From Pseudomonadota bacterium (GTDB lineage Bacteria; Babelota; Babeliae; Babelales; CAIQNR01), in NCBI GenBank assembly GCA_027487215.1, contig JAIYDZ010000006.1:209191-273190 (forward strand): a stretch of 64,000 nucleotides of DNA, read 5' to 3'. Numbering within the stretch: the stretch's first letter is position 1; each line of letters begins with the position of its first letter. The translations under genes and the position numbers were made by a program. This document shows, one piece after another, positions 30,786 through 41,804 of the stretch. The notes under the pieces were generated by a model. The model did no database searches, was not told the DNA's origin, and worked only from the letters and a program-made list of their open reading frames with translations.

Positions 30786-31800
30786 GAAGTGTCAAAGTAA
30801 TTGCTGAAAGCACAAAAGAAATAAGAGAAAATCTGAACGTAATTTTTGTTTCTGGCCATCCTAGCAGTTCATAATGGTGATGAATTGGCGCCATCTTAAA
30901 AAGACGCTTACCACGATATTTTACTGACCATACCTGAAGAATCACTGAAAGCGTTTCAGCTACAAAGATTGCGCCCACTAAAGGCAACAGAAGCTCCTGC
31001 TTGAGTGCAAGCGCCATAAATGCCAAAAGTGCGCCTAATGAGAGCGATCCAACATCACCCATAAAAAGTTGAGCGGGATGAGCATTGTATCTTAAAAATC
31101 CAAGCAATGCCCCTACGACTGCAGCACTTAAAACAGCAAGCTCTGCAGAAGAACCACCAGCAAAAAATGCCACTGTCCCAAAGAATGCAAAAACTGGAAT
31201 TAAACAACCTGTGGCAAGCCCATCAAGACCATCGGTTAAATTCACCGCGTTACTGGTGCCAATCATGACAAACATTGCCCACGGAATGTATAACATCCCT
31301 AAGGTCAAATAAATGTCTTTAAAAAAGAGAAAAGAAAGATCGGTTGAAGGGGCTATAAAGTAAATCCACGAGGTTGCAACCAAAGCTGCCACTACCATTT
31401 GGGCAATAAACTTAGTCCGCGCTGTTATACCCTGTTTTTTGGTAATCTTACCCCAATCATCCCATCCGCCAATAAGCCCAAATCCTATCATGCAGCCTAA
31501 AGCAATAAGCAGAAACGGATTGGCCAGATCACTCCAAAGCAGGCATGAAGCGGCTACTACGGCTATAATAAACACGCCTCCCATGGTAGGAGTATTATTT
31601 TTTGCTTTGTGTGATTCTGGGGTCCAAGCACGCGACTGGGAACGGAATAACCGTTCTGCGGCCTTTACAAATGATTTTCCAAAAAAAAGCGATAAGCTTA
31701 ATGAGCTTAAAAATGCTCCTAAAATACAAATGTTAGTATAACCAATAAGGTCAAAAAAAGGCGCACTAGGCTTAAAAAAACTACCAATCAGAGCTATCAT
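30772..31800 (-). CDS. mraY: Phospho-N-acetylmuramoyl-pentapeptide transferase
   Basis: TPTMGG, GGWDD, NAVNLTDGLDGLA, FMGDVGSL, MAPIHHHYEL.GWPE. Confidence 0.96.
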   Translation of the reverse strand: MIALIGSFFKPSAPFFDLIGYTNICILGAFLSSLSLSLFFGKSFVKAAERLFRSQSRAWTPESHKAKNNTPTMGGVFIIAVVAASCLLWSDLANPFLLIALGCMIGFGLIGGWDDWGKITKKQGITARTKFIAQMVVAALVATSWIYFIAPSTDLSFLFFKDIYLTLGMLYIPWAMFVMIGTSNAVNLTDGLDGLATGCLIPVFAFFGTVAFFAGGSSAELAVLSAAVVGALLGFLRYNAHPAQLFMGDVGSLSLGALLAFMALALKQELLLPLVGAIFVAETLSVILQVWSVKYRGKRLFKMAPIHHHYELLGWPETKITFRFSLISFVLSAITLTLLMMS

Positions 31801-31954
31801 TCGATCCCTTAGTTTTTACTATTTGAAACTATTTTAAACAGCTTTAAGCTCACTTTAGCATACACTAGAACCCCTTTTGACTCTAGCTCCTAATAGGTTA
31901 TGCTAGTAGAAGAGTCTCAGATTAGGGGGACACTATAAAGTGAAAGGACAATTT

Positions 31955-32602
31955 ATGAAAACTCTACTTAAAAGAAACATCTTCATATCGTTGATGTCTT
32001 TAGGGCTTATAAGTTCGATAACTGCAAATACTCCTAAACCAATGAAAGATCTCGCCCAAGATTTTAAGATCATGATTATGGACCCTACTAAAACAGTAGA
32101 AGATGCTACCGCAATCTTAATACAGCATGGACGCCAAGAACTTGCTGATCTGATTATAGAATTATCAGAAAAGATCTTTGCTCTGGCTGATGAACTTGGT
32201 ATTGATCTTACTCTTGAACTCTCTCTTGAAGACAGTGATATGTTAGGCAGAAAACTGGGCGCAATGACTCACGCAACTGCGTACATTGCTCTTAAATGTC
32301 CTGCTGTAAAAAAACTGCGTTTGCTTGGTGAACTTGCACAACTTAAGCCAATCCTCTCTCAAATTGCAAATAACCAACGCGAATCAGACAGAATTTTACA
32401 TATGTCATTACTTCGTCGTAAAGATAAAAAACAGGTCAAAACAACTCAAGTAGTTCATGTTAATGAAAACTTTGACTTTACAACTGGCAGCTCAGATCAA
32501 GGTAATTTAACTGAACACCATGTAAACGTACATGGCGATTTGACCGTTGAGCACACTGCAACTACCGCTGTTAAAGCTGCAGACAAAAAAACAAACAGCT
32601 AA
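31955..32602 (+). CDS. Secreted hypothetical protein
   Basis: Signal peptide MKTLLKRNIFISLMSLGLISSITA; no recognised domain. Confidence 0.7.
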   Translation: MKTLLKRNIFISLMSLGLISSITANTPKPMKDLAQDFKIMIMDPTKTVEDATAILIQHGRQELADLIIELSEKIFALADELGIDLTLELSLEDSDMLGRKLGAMTHATAYIALKCPAVKKLRLLGELAQLKPILSQIANNQRESDRILHMSLLRRKDKKQVKTTQVVHVNENFDFTTGSSDQGNLTEHHVNVHGDLTVEHTATTAVKAADKKTNS

Positions 32603-32660
32603 AATTTACTTCTGGTAACAGATCAGGACTCGTTGATAACAACGATATAATCAGATATAC

Positions 32661-32698
32661 TAAAGCCCTCGGTAATTTCTGGGGGCTTTATTCTTTTT
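32661..32698 (+). terminator. Intrinsic terminator-like hairpin
   Basis: TAAAGCCCTCGG...CTGGGGGCTTTA followed by TTCTTTTT. Confidence 0.65.
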
Positions 32699-32712
32699 AA
32701 ACGGGAAATAGT

Positions 32713-34518
32713 GTGGTGAGTAACTTACTAAAATTTGATGTAGTCGTTGTAGGTGGCGGACATTCAGGTGTTGAAGCAGCGTATGCTGCAGCACGCATGG
32801 GATCAAAAACTGCGCTTATCTCTCTTGATTTAAAACGAATCGGCTATATGCCCTGCAATCCTGCTATTGGTGGAATTGGTAAAGGACACATCGTATTTGA
32901 AATTAGCGCACTTGGTGGATTAATGCCCCAACTGTGCACTAAAACCTACCTACAAGCCCGTATGCTTAACACCAGCAAAGGCCCGGCGGTTTATGGGCTA
33001 CGTCTTCAAATTGATAAAGTTTCATATGCTCAAGAAAGCCAAAAGTATCTTCAATCAGTAGAAAATTTAACGCTCATTGAAGCGATGGTAAAAGAGATAC
33101 TTACTAATCAAGACGGTCACATTTCAGGCGTTATGCTCAATGACGGCACACGCATTGAAACCCCAACACTTGTGCTTACTACCGGCACCTTCTTAAACGG
33201 TCTTGTCCATATGGGACATACCAATTATGCTTCAGGTCGTGAAAATGAAGCTGCAGTTGTAGATCTTTCTACCAGTATTAAAAATTTAGGGATAGAAATG
33301 GGACGGCTTAAAACCGGTACCCCTCCACGACTCCTGCGTTCAAGTCTTAACTTTGATGTCATGGAAAAACAGGAAGCAGATAACCTTGACTATCTGTTTG
33401 AATTCTATCCGCATAGCACAACAACCAAACGTGACTGTTACATTACCCACACCAACGATAACGTACATCAAATTATTAAAGACAATGCGCACGTTTCTCC
33501 TATCTTGTGTAAAACATTGACCGGAATTGGGCCACGTTATTGCCCTTCAATTGAAGATAAAATTACTCGCTTTCCTGATAAAACTGCACATCAAATTTTT
33601 GTTGAGCCTGAAAGTTTATCAACCGATTGGATTTATCCGAACGGCCTTTCAACATCACTTCCTGTCGATATTCAAGAAAAATATATTCGAGCAATTAAAG
33701 GTTTTGAAAACGCAATTATTGCACGTCCCGGTTATGCAATTGAATATGACTTTGTTTTTCCAAACCAACTGAAGCACTCACTTGAAACCAAAAAGGTTCC
33801 AGGACTCTTTTGCGGTGGACAAATTAACGGAACAACTGGATATGAAGAAGCTGCTGGACAAGGTATTATGGCAGGTATTAACGCTTCGTTAAAGGCTTCT
33901 GGCAAAGAACCATTTATTCTTGATCGTACCGAAAGTTATATCGGTGTCATGATTGATGACTTAATCACTCTCAGCGTTGATGAACCATATCGCATGTTTA
34001 CGTCACGCGCGGAACACAGACTCATGTTACGTCAGGACAATGCATTCTTACGATTGACTGAAAAAGCTTATAACATCGGATTGATCAGTGAAAAAATGTT
34101 TGAAGATTTCAAACAAGAAAAAGAACTCATTGAAACAACCATTGCTGAACTTAAAGCAAAATATCGCACCACAGACCTCCTGAGAGTTTTTGGGGAAAAT
34201 CAGTGCACTCCTGCAATGATTAAAGAATTGACCGGTAAGGATATTCCAGCACGAAGCTGCCAAACGATTCAAGCAACGATTAAATACGAACCATACCTGG
34301 AACGTGAAGAACGAGAAATTGCACGACTTAAAAAATATCAAACTATGAAAATCCCTACTGCGTTTAACTACTCAGAAATAGAAGGACTTTCAATTGAGTT
34401 GCGCCAAAAAATGACAAAACATAGACCAGAAACGATTGCACAAGCAACTTTGATTCCTGGCATGACACCTGCAGCACTTTCATTATTGATTGTAAAAGTT
34501 TCACTCATTACACGCTAA
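32713..34518 (+). CDS. mnmG: tRNA U34 5-carboxymethylaminomethyl modification enzyme (GidA)
   Basis: VVGGGHSGVEAA, MPCNPAIGGIGKG, RLKTGTPPR, GPRYCPSIEDK, GQINGTTGYEEAAGQG, EPYRMFTSRAE. Confidence 0.97.
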   Translation: MVSNLLKFDVVVVGGGHSGVEAAYAAARMGSKTALISLDLKRIGYMPCNPAIGGIGKGHIVFEISALGGLMPQLCTKTYLQARMLNTSKGPAVYGLRLQIDKVSYAQESQKYLQSVENLTLIEAMVKEILTNQDGHISGVMLNDGTRIETPTLVLTTGTFLNGLVHMGHTNYASGRENEAAVVDLSTSIKNLGIEMGRLKTGTPPRLLRSSLNFDVMEKQEADNLDYLFEFYPHSTTTKRDCYITHTNDNVHQIIKDNAHVSPILCKTLTGIGPRYCPSIEDKITRFPDKTAHQIFVEPESLSTDWIYPNGLSTSLPVDIQEKYIRAIKGFENAIIARPGYAIEYDFVFPNQLKHSLETKKVPGLFCGGQINGTTGYEEAAGQGIMAGINASLKASGKEPFILDRTESYIGVMIDDLITLSVDEPYRMFTSRAEHRLMLRQDNAFLRLTEKAYNIGLISEKMFEDFKQEKELIETTIAELKAKYRTTDLLRVFGENQCTPAMIKELTGKDIPARSCQTIQATIKYEPYLEREEREIARLKKYQTMKIPTAFNYSEIEGLSIELRQKMTKHRPETIAQATLIPGMTPAALSLLIVKVSLITR

Positions 34519-34521
34519 AGG

Positions 34522-35301
34522 ATGTCTATGTCTCCACAACTGTTTCATCTGTTTGGCGATATTTCAATCCATGCGTATGGACTTTTTATCGCGCTTGGAC
34601 TTACCGCAGCTTCATTTCTTTTATATCGCGACAAACCTTTACAAAAAATTATTGTATTTGATGATCTCCTTTCTATTATTTCATGGTGCATTATTGCAGG
34701 AATACTGGGAGGAAGAATGTTATGGATGATTGAAACATGGCCTCATCACTCATGGATTGAATTTTTTAAACTATGGACACCCGGTTATTCCATTCTGGGA
34801 GCAATGACTACAGCAGTTATCGCTCTTTTTATCTTACTCAGTCAAGCAACAAAACAACCCTTTGCGGTACTTGATAGGCTCGCTATTTATGCACCGCTTG
34901 CCCAAGCAATCGGAAGAGTAGGATGTTTTTTTACGGGGTGCTGTTACGGCGCTGTTACCTCATTGTGGTGCGCAGTAACCTATACTCATCCTGATTGCCT
35001 TGCCCCTCTTGGCGTCCCACTTCATCCAACACAACTTTATAGTTCAGTTCTTGGAGTGACTTTATTTATTTTTCTTTACTGCACTCAAAAATGGTGGACC
35101 AAAAGTGGACAGCTTGCAGGGCTTTATCTTATCGGAGCAGGACTTGAAAGATTCTTAGTTGACTTTTTGCGTGCTCCACGCAGACTCATAGGTGACACTA
35201 TTATTTCACGTTCACAAGTGCTTGCTGCAATAGTTGTAGTAGGCGGGTGTGTTATTTTTTACGTAGCATGGTATGCAAAAAGACAACACAAACATATTTA
35301 A
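34522..35301 (+). CDS. lgt: Prolipoprotein diacylglyceryl transferase
   Basis: YGLFIALG, GGR, QAIGRVGCFF.GCCYG, HPTQLY, RFLVDFLR. Confidence 0.92.
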   Translation: MSMSPQLFHLFGDISIHAYGLFIALGLTAASFLLYRDKPLQKIIVFDDLLSIISWCIIAGILGGRMLWMIETWPHHSWIEFFKLWTPGYSILGAMTTAVIALFILLSQATKQPFAVLDRLAIYAPLAQAIGRVGCFFTGCCYGAVTSLWCAVTYTHPDCLAPLGVPLHPTQLYSSVLGVTLFIFLYCTQKWWTKSGQLAGLYLIGAGLERFLVDFLRAPRRLIGDTIISRSQVLAAIVVVGGCVIFYVAWYAKRQHKHI

Positions 35302-37051
35302 CTTTATTAAAGATCGCGCACCAATTTTAAACGTAATTGGTGAACATGTTGTACTTAAAAAAGCTGGCCTTTATTGGAAAGGCCCGTGTCCTTTTCACGA
35401 TGAAAAAACTGCTTCATTTACTGTCAGTCCGTTAAAAGAAATCTTTTATTGTTTTGGATGTCATACTGGCGGAGATGTCATTACCTTTGTTGCAAACATT
35501 GAACATTGCACTCCCATTGAAGCAGCAAAACATCTTGCTGATCGTTATAACATCGCAATCCCTCAAACGGTATCTCGAGAAGTTTCAGAACAAAGCATTG
35601 ATGACAAAAAACGCTATTTTAATCTCTGTGAGTTTTTTGCACGCTGGGCACACAAAGAATTAGAACGTTATCCCTCAATGACCAGTTATTTGCTCAAGCG
35701 TAGGTTTAACCAAGAAAGCATTAATCAATTTTTAATTGGGTACTTTCCAGGCGATGAACGAGCAATGAAAGAACTTATTAAAGAAGCAAACAAACATTCT
35801 TTTATTGCAAAAGACCTCCTTGACGCTCATCTAATTGAACAAGGAAAAACAAATCTCTATTCCCCTTTTGAAGACCGGATCATGTTTCCTATCCGTGACC
35901 ACCTTGGTCGCTTTTGTGGATTTGGCGGTAGAGTCGTTAAAAAAGAGGATGAGCGTTCAAAATATTACAACTCACGTGAAAATAATTTTTTTCAAAAAGG
36001 TAGTATTCTTTTTGGTCTTGATCTGGCCAAAAAATCAATCCAAAAGGCAGGGTATGCTTTTTTAGTAGAAGGCTATACTGATTGCATTGCGATGGCACAA
36101 CACGGACTGCACAATACGGTTGCAACCTTGGGTACTGCCTGCACTCTTGAACACTTAAAACTCCTTTCCTATCATGCCCATACAGTTTATTTGGTGTATG
36201 ACGGAGACGCTGCCGGGCAAAAAGCGATGCTTCGTCTTGCTGAACTCTGTTGGCAGGTAAACCTTGAGCTTAAAACTATCTTTTTACCCGAAAGTCAGGA
36301 TCCAGCCTCTTTTCTAGAAACAGGGGGTGACATGAGTGCTATGGTCCCTCATGCACGAGATATCCTTGATTTCTTTCTTTCTAACTTAGGGCAAGAATTT
36401 GCCGCTCAAAACCTCCAACAAAAATTAGAAAATATTAAAACCTTCCTTGAGGTCCTTAAGCGATTTGACGACCCAATCAAGCAAAGCATCTTTTTACAAA
36501 AAGCTTCAGAGACTTTTGGACTACCTCTTGAGGTTCTTAAAAAACAGCTTGAACGAACTGATCGTGTGACTCAACCTTCGCCCAAAAAAGAGGAAATTAG
36601 CCCGTCAGAACCACACTTATTTGACGGCGTAACTGCTGTAGAAAAAAAATTAGTGTGTGCTATACTAAACAATACTCTGCTCCTACAAAAGGACGAGGTA
36701 GCTCGACTGATCGAATATATGCCCTCAGGGCTCCAGGCGATCATAAAGAAGCTCCAAAATGCAGAGAGTGTGCATGGGCAAAAGGTATTCACGCATTTCT
36801 TTGAGACTCTTGAATATCCTGAAAAACAGTTAGTAAATAGACTGCTTTTAAGTCAGGATGAACACAGCGAACTGGAAGATGTTGATCAGCTTTTGCTGAT
36901 GGTGGAAAAAAAGTATTGGAAAATGATTGTGAACGGCACAAAACAAAAAATAGCACAAGCACAACAAGATAATGATGCGCACAAAGTTAATGATCTGGTA
37001 GTTTCATTCCTGAAATTAAAAGACAAGCTGATACGTAGGGGACTTATATAA
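35273..37051 (+). CDS. dnaG: DNA primase
   Basis: [16 protein letters not shown] zinc finger, RIMFPI, GFGGR, KYYNS, VEGYTD, YDGDAAG, DP. Confidence 0.96.
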   Translation: MQKDNTNIFNFIKDRAPILNVIGEHVVLKKAGLYWKGPCPFHDEKTASFTVSPLKEIFYCFGCHTGGDVITFVANIEHCTPIEAAKHLADRYNIAIPQTVSREVSEQSIDDKKRYFNLCEFFARWAHKELERYPSMTSYLLKRRFNQESINQFLIGYFPGDERAMKELIKEANKHSFIAKDLLDAHLIEQGKTNLYSPFEDRIMFPIRDHLGRFCGFGGRVVKKEDERSKYYNSRENNFFQKGSILFGLDLAKKSIQKAGYAFLVEGYTDCIAMAQHGLHNTVATLGTACTLEHLKLLSYHAHTVYLVYDGDAAGQKAMLRLAELCWQVNLELKTIFLPESQDPASFLETGGDMSAMVPHARDILDFFLSNLGQEFAAQNLQQKLENIKTFLEVLKRFDDPIKQSIFLQKASETFGLPLEVLKKQLERTDRVTQPSPKKEEISPSEPHLFDGVTAVEKKLVCAILNNTLLLQKDEVARLIEYMPSGLQAIIKKLQNAESVHGQKVFTHFFETLEYPEKQLVNRLLLSQDEHSELEDVDQLLLMVEKKYWKMIVNGTKQKIAQAQQDNDAHKVNDLVVSFLKLKDKLIRRGLI

Positions 37052-39399
37052 TGGTAATTGGAAAAATTTTGGACACACTTCTTGGCAGGAAGCCCTCTGC
37101 CGCAAAAAAGAAAAAGAAACAAGTAAAAGTAAGTTCAAAAAAAGTGACTAAAAAAAAGACACTTAAAAAAACTGTTACAAAAAAAAGTACTCCTAAAAAA
37201 TCGGTAAAGGCTGTTGCAAAAAAAATTGCAACAAACAAAGCCCCCAGCCGTTCAGCAGCAAAAACTGCTCCACGCACTAAAGCAGTTCCTCTTTCTCGCC
37301 CTGCAAAAACAGTTGCTACCCAGATTGGTAAAAAAACTGTAAAACAGGCTCCTCAAAAAAATATTGCTGCAAAACCAACACCTAAAGCTGTTGTTAAAAC
37401 CGCAGTGGCTAAAACTTCTGTCATAGCAAAAAAAGCTCCAGAAAAAGCTGCTCCTTCTATACAGCCTAAGGTTGTTGCTTTGGTTGCAGCACCAACTGCT
37501 CAAAGAGCTACTACCACTAGTTCTAAAAAAATTGCTCCAAAAAAAGCCACTACCAGCAAAGCCACAGCAAGCGGTAAAGAATCAAAAAGCATCGATCTTA
37601 AAAATGAAAGTATCGAAGCGCTCATTGAAAAAGGCAAAGAGCATGGAATGCTCAGTTACGAAGAAATGATCGCTTTCAATGAGGCCAACCATCTTTCAGA
37701 AAAAGAAGCAAACGACCTTCTCAAGCTTCTTGAAAAAGAACACATTGAACTTGTGATGGAAGATGAGATTGATTCGGCTTCTGTTGACCTTGCTTCTACT
37801 GAAAAAGAGCCTGGAGTTTCATCGAATAAATTCCAAGAACAATTATTACTCCTTGATGAAACCAATGAACAAGATGAAGATGAAAACGAAGAACAGGACG
37901 AAGAAGAAGAACGTCCCGTTGCGGAAGCAACCAACATCACTGACGGGGTAAAATGTTATCTTCGTGATATTGGTAAGATTCCACTTCTTAACAAAACAAC
38001 AGAAAAAGCTATTGCTGACAAGATTGCAACAAGTAAGCATCTGTCTATTGAAGCAATTGCAAAGTTCCCGTTTGTTCATAAAGAGTTTGTAATACTTGGT
38101 GATCGTGTTGCAAAAAACACAATGCCTCTTAAAGATCTTATTCAATTTGCTGAATTTGACGAAGAAAACATTCCGAAAATCGCAGAAGAAAAAGATGCGC
38201 TTCTTGCAACGATTAATACTATTGCAAACTTGATCAAAAACGAAGAAAAAATTTACGCAAGTTATCGCGAACAACTCTCTTCTTCTGCAAAAAAGAAAGA
38301 GATGCTTGATAAGGTTAAAGAGAATAAAGAAGAAATCTCAAAAACTATTCAATCTATACGTATAACAAACAAACTTATTCGCAAAATTGGTAAGAAGATA
38401 GAAAAGTTTCTTCTTAAAGTACGTGAACGCGAAGTTGCTATTAAAGAAGCTCAAGTACAGGTCACTGCCCTTTCAAAAGCAAAAAATCCTTCTGAAATCA
38501 TTCGTAAGGAAATTGAAGAACTTGATGTGACCATCCGTGCGTCGCAAAAAGCTATTAAAAAAGTTGAAGGCGAAGCTGGATTACCGCTTGCTGAAATTAG
38601 AAAACAGTACGATCAGTTAATGCGTAGCTTACGCAATGACAAACGAGCAAAGGATGAACTTGCAAAAGCAAACCTTCGCCTTGTTGTTAACATTGCCAAA
38701 AAATACGTCAACCGCGGCCTTCACTTTCTTGATTTAATTCAAGAAGGAAACATCGGTTTGATGAAAGCTGTAGAAAAATTTGAATTTGAACGTGGTTATA
38801 AGTTCTCAACCTATGCAACCTGGTGGATCCGTCAAGCAATCACCCGTGCAATTGCTGACCAATCACGAACCATTCGTGTACCGGTTCACATGGTTGAAAC
38901 ATTAAACAAGATCAACAAGATTAAACGTGTATTTGTCCAACAAAATGGACGCGAACCATCATACACAGAACTTGCTAAAGAATTAAATCTTGACGAAAAA
39001 AAGATAAAAAATATTATCAAAATCTCTAAAGAACCGATTTCACTTGAAACACCGGTTGGTGATAGTGAAGATGCGTTCATTAAAGATTTCATTGAAAACG
39101 AAAAAGACTGCTCTCCTGCTGACTCAGTAGCAAACGCAGACCTTAAACAACGAGTTCGTGAAATCTTAAAAACGTTGACTCCTCGTGAAGAGAAAGTTCT
39201 TAAGATGCGTTTTGGTATCGATGTGGCCTCTGAACACACTCTTGAAGAAGTGGGTAAAGACTTCTCTGTGACGCGTGAGCGTATTCGTCAGATTGAAGTG
39301 AAAGCATTGCGTAAACTACGCCATCCTTCAAGAAGTAAGAAGCTACAATCGTTTTTTGAAAAAGAATTTGATAGTCTTCCTGGAGAGGCTGGCGAATAG
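37051..39399 (+). CDS. rpoD: Primary sigma factor sigma70 with long Lys/Ala/Thr-rich N-terminal extension
   Basis: [75 protein letters not shown]; follows dnaG. Confidence 0.97.
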   Translation: MVIGKILDTLLGRKPSAAKKKKKQVKVSSKKVTKKKTLKKTVTKKSTPKKSVKAVAKKIATNKAPSRSAAKTAPRTKAVPLSRPAKTVATQIGKKTVKQAPQKNIAAKPTPKAVVKTAVAKTSVIAKKAPEKAAPSIQPKVVALVAAPTAQRATTTSSKKIAPKKATTSKATASGKESKSIDLKNESIEALIEKGKEHGMLSYEEMIAFNEANHLSEKEANDLLKLLEKEHIELVMEDEIDSASVDLASTEKEPGVSSNKFQEQLLLLDETNEQDEDENEEQDEEEERPVAEATNITDGVKCYLRDIGKIPLLNKTTEKAIADKIATSKHLSIEAIAKFPFVHKEFVILGDRVAKNTMPLKDLIQFAEFDEENIPKIAEEKDALLATINTIANLIKNEEKIYASYREQLSSSAKKKEMLDKVKENKEEISKTIQSIRITNKLIRKIGKKIEKFLLKVREREVAIKEAQVQVTALSKAKNPSEIIRKEIEELDVTIRASQKAIKKVEGEAGLPLAEIRKQYDQLMRSLRNDKRAKDELAKANLRLVVNIAKKYVNRGLHFLDLIQEGNIGLMKAVEKFEFERGYKFSTYATWWIRQAITRAIADQSRTIRVPVHMVETLNKINKIKRVFVQQNGREPSYTELAKELNLDEKKIKNIIKISKEPISLETPVGDSEDAFIKDFIENEKDCSPADSVANADLKQRVREILKTLTPREEKVLKMRFGIDVASEHTLEEVGKDFSVTRERIRQIEVKALRKLRHPSRSKKLQSFFEKEFDSLPGEAGE

Positions 39400-39428
39400 T
39401 AGTTTATTCTTGGTAAGGATGTAAATAC

Positions 39429-40730
39429 ATGGACTCACTGCCCCAGGGGATCTGGTTTAAAGTTGCTGGAGTTGGTTTCGCATTGTTTTCTTGTGCACTG
39501 TTTTCTTTTATGGAAACCGCGATCACCGGATTGCGGCTTTTCAACCTAAAAGAACTTGCCACAAAATCAGGAGCTCGTTATACAACACTTTTCTCGGTTC
39601 TTGAAAAAGAGCCGCAACGAGTGCTTATAGCGATTCTCATTGCAAGTTGTTTATCTAACGTGGTTGCTGCCGATTTAATCACAGATTCAATTGAAGCATT
39701 ATTCATCTATCTTGGAGTACCAAGTGGGTGGAACTTCTTTGCAGGAGTTTTTAGTGCGACAGCTGCAATCTTGGTTTTTGGTGACATCATTCCTAAGAAT
39801 GCTGCACAATCACGTGGTGAAAGCATCCTGCCTTCTATTTTGTGGTTAACCAATATAACATTTCACAGTATGGCACCACTGGTTTCTTTACTCTCTCGCA
39901 TATCACAGTTCTTTCTTTCATTTGTTCGCACAGAACAGACCAATAGCGAAGGAATGGTCTCTGAAAAAGAGATTCAGTTTCTTATTGAGTACGTGAACAG
40001 TAAAGGACTGATCGATCGCGAAAAATCAAAGATGCTTCATAGTGTTTTTGATTTGGCAGACACTACTGTTAAAGAGATTATGGTTCCCATTACTGATGTG
40101 GTCATGATTAATATTGAAACCTCTTTAGAAGAAATTCAAAAAGTGTTTTCAGAATCTCACTACTCACGACTTCCTGTGTACGAAGGAACCATTGACAACA
40201 TTGTAGGCATGGTACACCAAAAAGATCTCTTTCTCTTGCTGACCAAAAACGAGCGTCGTACTCTTAAAGAACTTTGTCGACCAATTTTATTCATTCCCGA
40301 AAGCATGCGCGCAAATCAACTACTTGGCCAGTTCAAAATGCAAAGACAGCACATTGCTATGGTTCTTAATGAATATGGCGGCATTGTAGGGCTTGTAACA
40401 CTTGAAGACACTATTGAAGAAATTGTAGGCGATATTAACGATGAACATGAATCAATTGCTGATCGTATCATTCCTCTTGAACAAGGAGGATGGTTGGTGT
40501 ACGCAGGGATTGAGCTTGAAGCGTTGGGAGAAATGCTCAGCCTGTCGTTTGATGCAGAAGATGCTATTAGTTTAGGCGGCTTTTTAACAGAGAAGTTGCA
40601 ACATCTTCCTCGTAAAGGCGAACAGTTTCTGTATAGCGGATATGTCTTTCAAGTACAAAAAGCAACACCAAAGCGAGTGATTCAAGTACTTGTTTTTAAA
40701 GAAGACGCAAACATAGAAGAAATCCAGTAA
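39429..40730 (+). CDS. HlyC/CorC (CNNM + CBS) family transporter-associated protein
   Basis: FSFMETA, VFGDIIPK, EIMVP, YSRLPVY, NEYGG..GLVTLED.IEEIVGDI.DE, CorC_HlyC C-terminus. Confidence 0.92.
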   Translation: MDSLPQGIWFKVAGVGFALFSCALFSFMETAITGLRLFNLKELATKSGARYTTLFSVLEKEPQRVLIAILIASCLSNVVAADLITDSIEALFIYLGVPSGWNFFAGVFSATAAILVFGDIIPKNAAQSRGESILPSILWLTNITFHSMAPLVSLLSRISQFFLSFVRTEQTNSEGMVSEKEIQFLIEYVNSKGLIDREKSKMLHSVFDLADTTVKEIMVPITDVVMINIETSLEEIQKVFSESHYSRLPVYEGTIDNIVGMVHQKDLFLLLTKNERRTLKELCRPILFIPESMRANQLLGQFKMQRQHIAMVLNEYGGIVGLVTLEDTIEEIVGDINDEHESIADRIIPLEQGGWLVYAGIELEALGEMLSLSFDAEDAISLGGFLTEKLQHLPRKGEQFLYSGYVFQVQKATPKRVIQVLVFKEDANIEEIQ

Positions 40731-40844
40731 TAATTTTTTTAAAGAACATCGTTTTCTTACCCTCTTTGCCTCTGCTGTAGTATAGCAGGACTTAATGTGG
40801 CAGAGAGGGTTAATTTTTCTCATAGTTTTTAAAAAAGGAAACGT

Positions 40845-41273
40845 ATGAAAGCATTTGGTATCAAAAAATTGATTGTTAGTTTTTTGGCAGCAGCATTAAT
40901 TCTGAGCGCATTTTCTCTGTATGCTCCTGCAACCGAGCGTAGCAAAAAAAACAAAAAAGATGATGAAGAGACTGCGATAATAATCCACAACATCTCCTCT
41001 CTTTTTGGAGGGTTTGCACAGTTAGCAAAAGATCCTGAAGATGGTGATAATGTCAGAGAATCAATAGGCCATATGGTAGGATCTATGTTATCGCTAGTAG
41101 CTGGGGTCCCTAAACGCGGCACCTCTGATTATGATAAAGCTTTAGATGATGCTCTTAACGCTGAACGCTTAGAAGATCAGTTCACACGCTTTTTTAATTC
41201 AGAAGAAGGAAAAGAACTTCTCTATAAGATGAGAGAACAGTTCTCTACGCCTTGTCATAGACTCCACACATAA
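40845..41273 (+). CDS. Secreted hypothetical protein
   Basis: AAAGGA RBS; signal peptide. Confidence 0.7.
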   Translation: MKAFGIKKLIVSFLAAALILSAFSLYAPATERSKKNKKDDEETAIIIHNISSLFGGFAQLAKDPEDGDNVRESIGHMVGSMLSLVAGVPKRGTSDYDKALDDALNAERLEDQFTRFFNSEEGKELLYKMREQFSTPCHRLHT

Positions 41274-41393
41274 TTTTAACGCCACCCTTTTTCTGCCACT
41301 TCCACTGACTCATTATTCTCTGCCCTTGATTTCTTTTTTAAAAAAAAGGTAAATTTTTTACAAAAGGATCTTTAAATCAAGGAGAGTAGTACT

Positions 41394-41573
41394 ATGGAAT
41401 TACAAAAAATGTTGCACTTAATCGCAAAAAAACCACCTGAAAAGATACACAAATTCTCATCTGAAATATGTGTATCTTCTTTTCTCATTTCATTTTTCGT
41501 CTTTGTTTTTTCTGTCAGATTCACGTCCACACACGTCGTCTGCCGCACTTTTTTGCCAGCCTCATGGCTCTAA
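41394..41573 (+). CDS. Candidate 59-aa small protein with one hydrophobic segment (not in ORF track)
   Basis: AAGGAGAG RBS then ATG 41394; MELQKMLHLIAKKPPEKIHKFSSEICVSSFLISFFVFVFSVRF... Confidence 0.35.
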   Translation: MELQKMLHLIAKKPPEKIHKFSSEICVSSFLISFFVFVFSVRFTSTHVVCRTFLPASWL

Positions 41574-41637
41574 AAAAAATTTAGCAACTTACCCATTTTT
41601 TAACTGCCAGACTTTTTTTATGTCTAAGGAGTCAACC

Positions 41638-41775
41638 ATGCGTATGACTGCGCACGCTTTTTTTGGTGTATTTTCATGCTTTCTTGCAACCTTCTTGAAT
41701 GTCATCCTCTACTACCAAAGGATCCGATCACATGTCGACTCTTATGCAAGCGCTTATGATACTTGTAGGATGTAA
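41638..41775 (+). CDS. Candidate 45-aa single-TM small protein
   Basis: TAAGGAG RBS 6 nt before ATG 41638; MRMTAHAFFGVFSCFLATFLNVILYYQRIRS... Confidence 0.45.
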   Translation: MRMTAHAFFGVFSCFLATFLNVILYYQRIRSHVDSYASAYDTCRM

Positions 41776-41804
41776 ATACGCAGCTTTGTTCACCCTTTTA
41801 TTAT

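Noticed and set aside
32603-32712. oriC next to mnmG/gidA
   Set aside because: The gap is short, holds a terminator-like hairpin and has no TTATCCACA boxes.
37846-39239. Antisense ORFs within rpoD (and similar ones in pheT, tkt and the giant gene)
   Set aside because: Shadow frames of conserved genes with no RBS or recognisable motifs.
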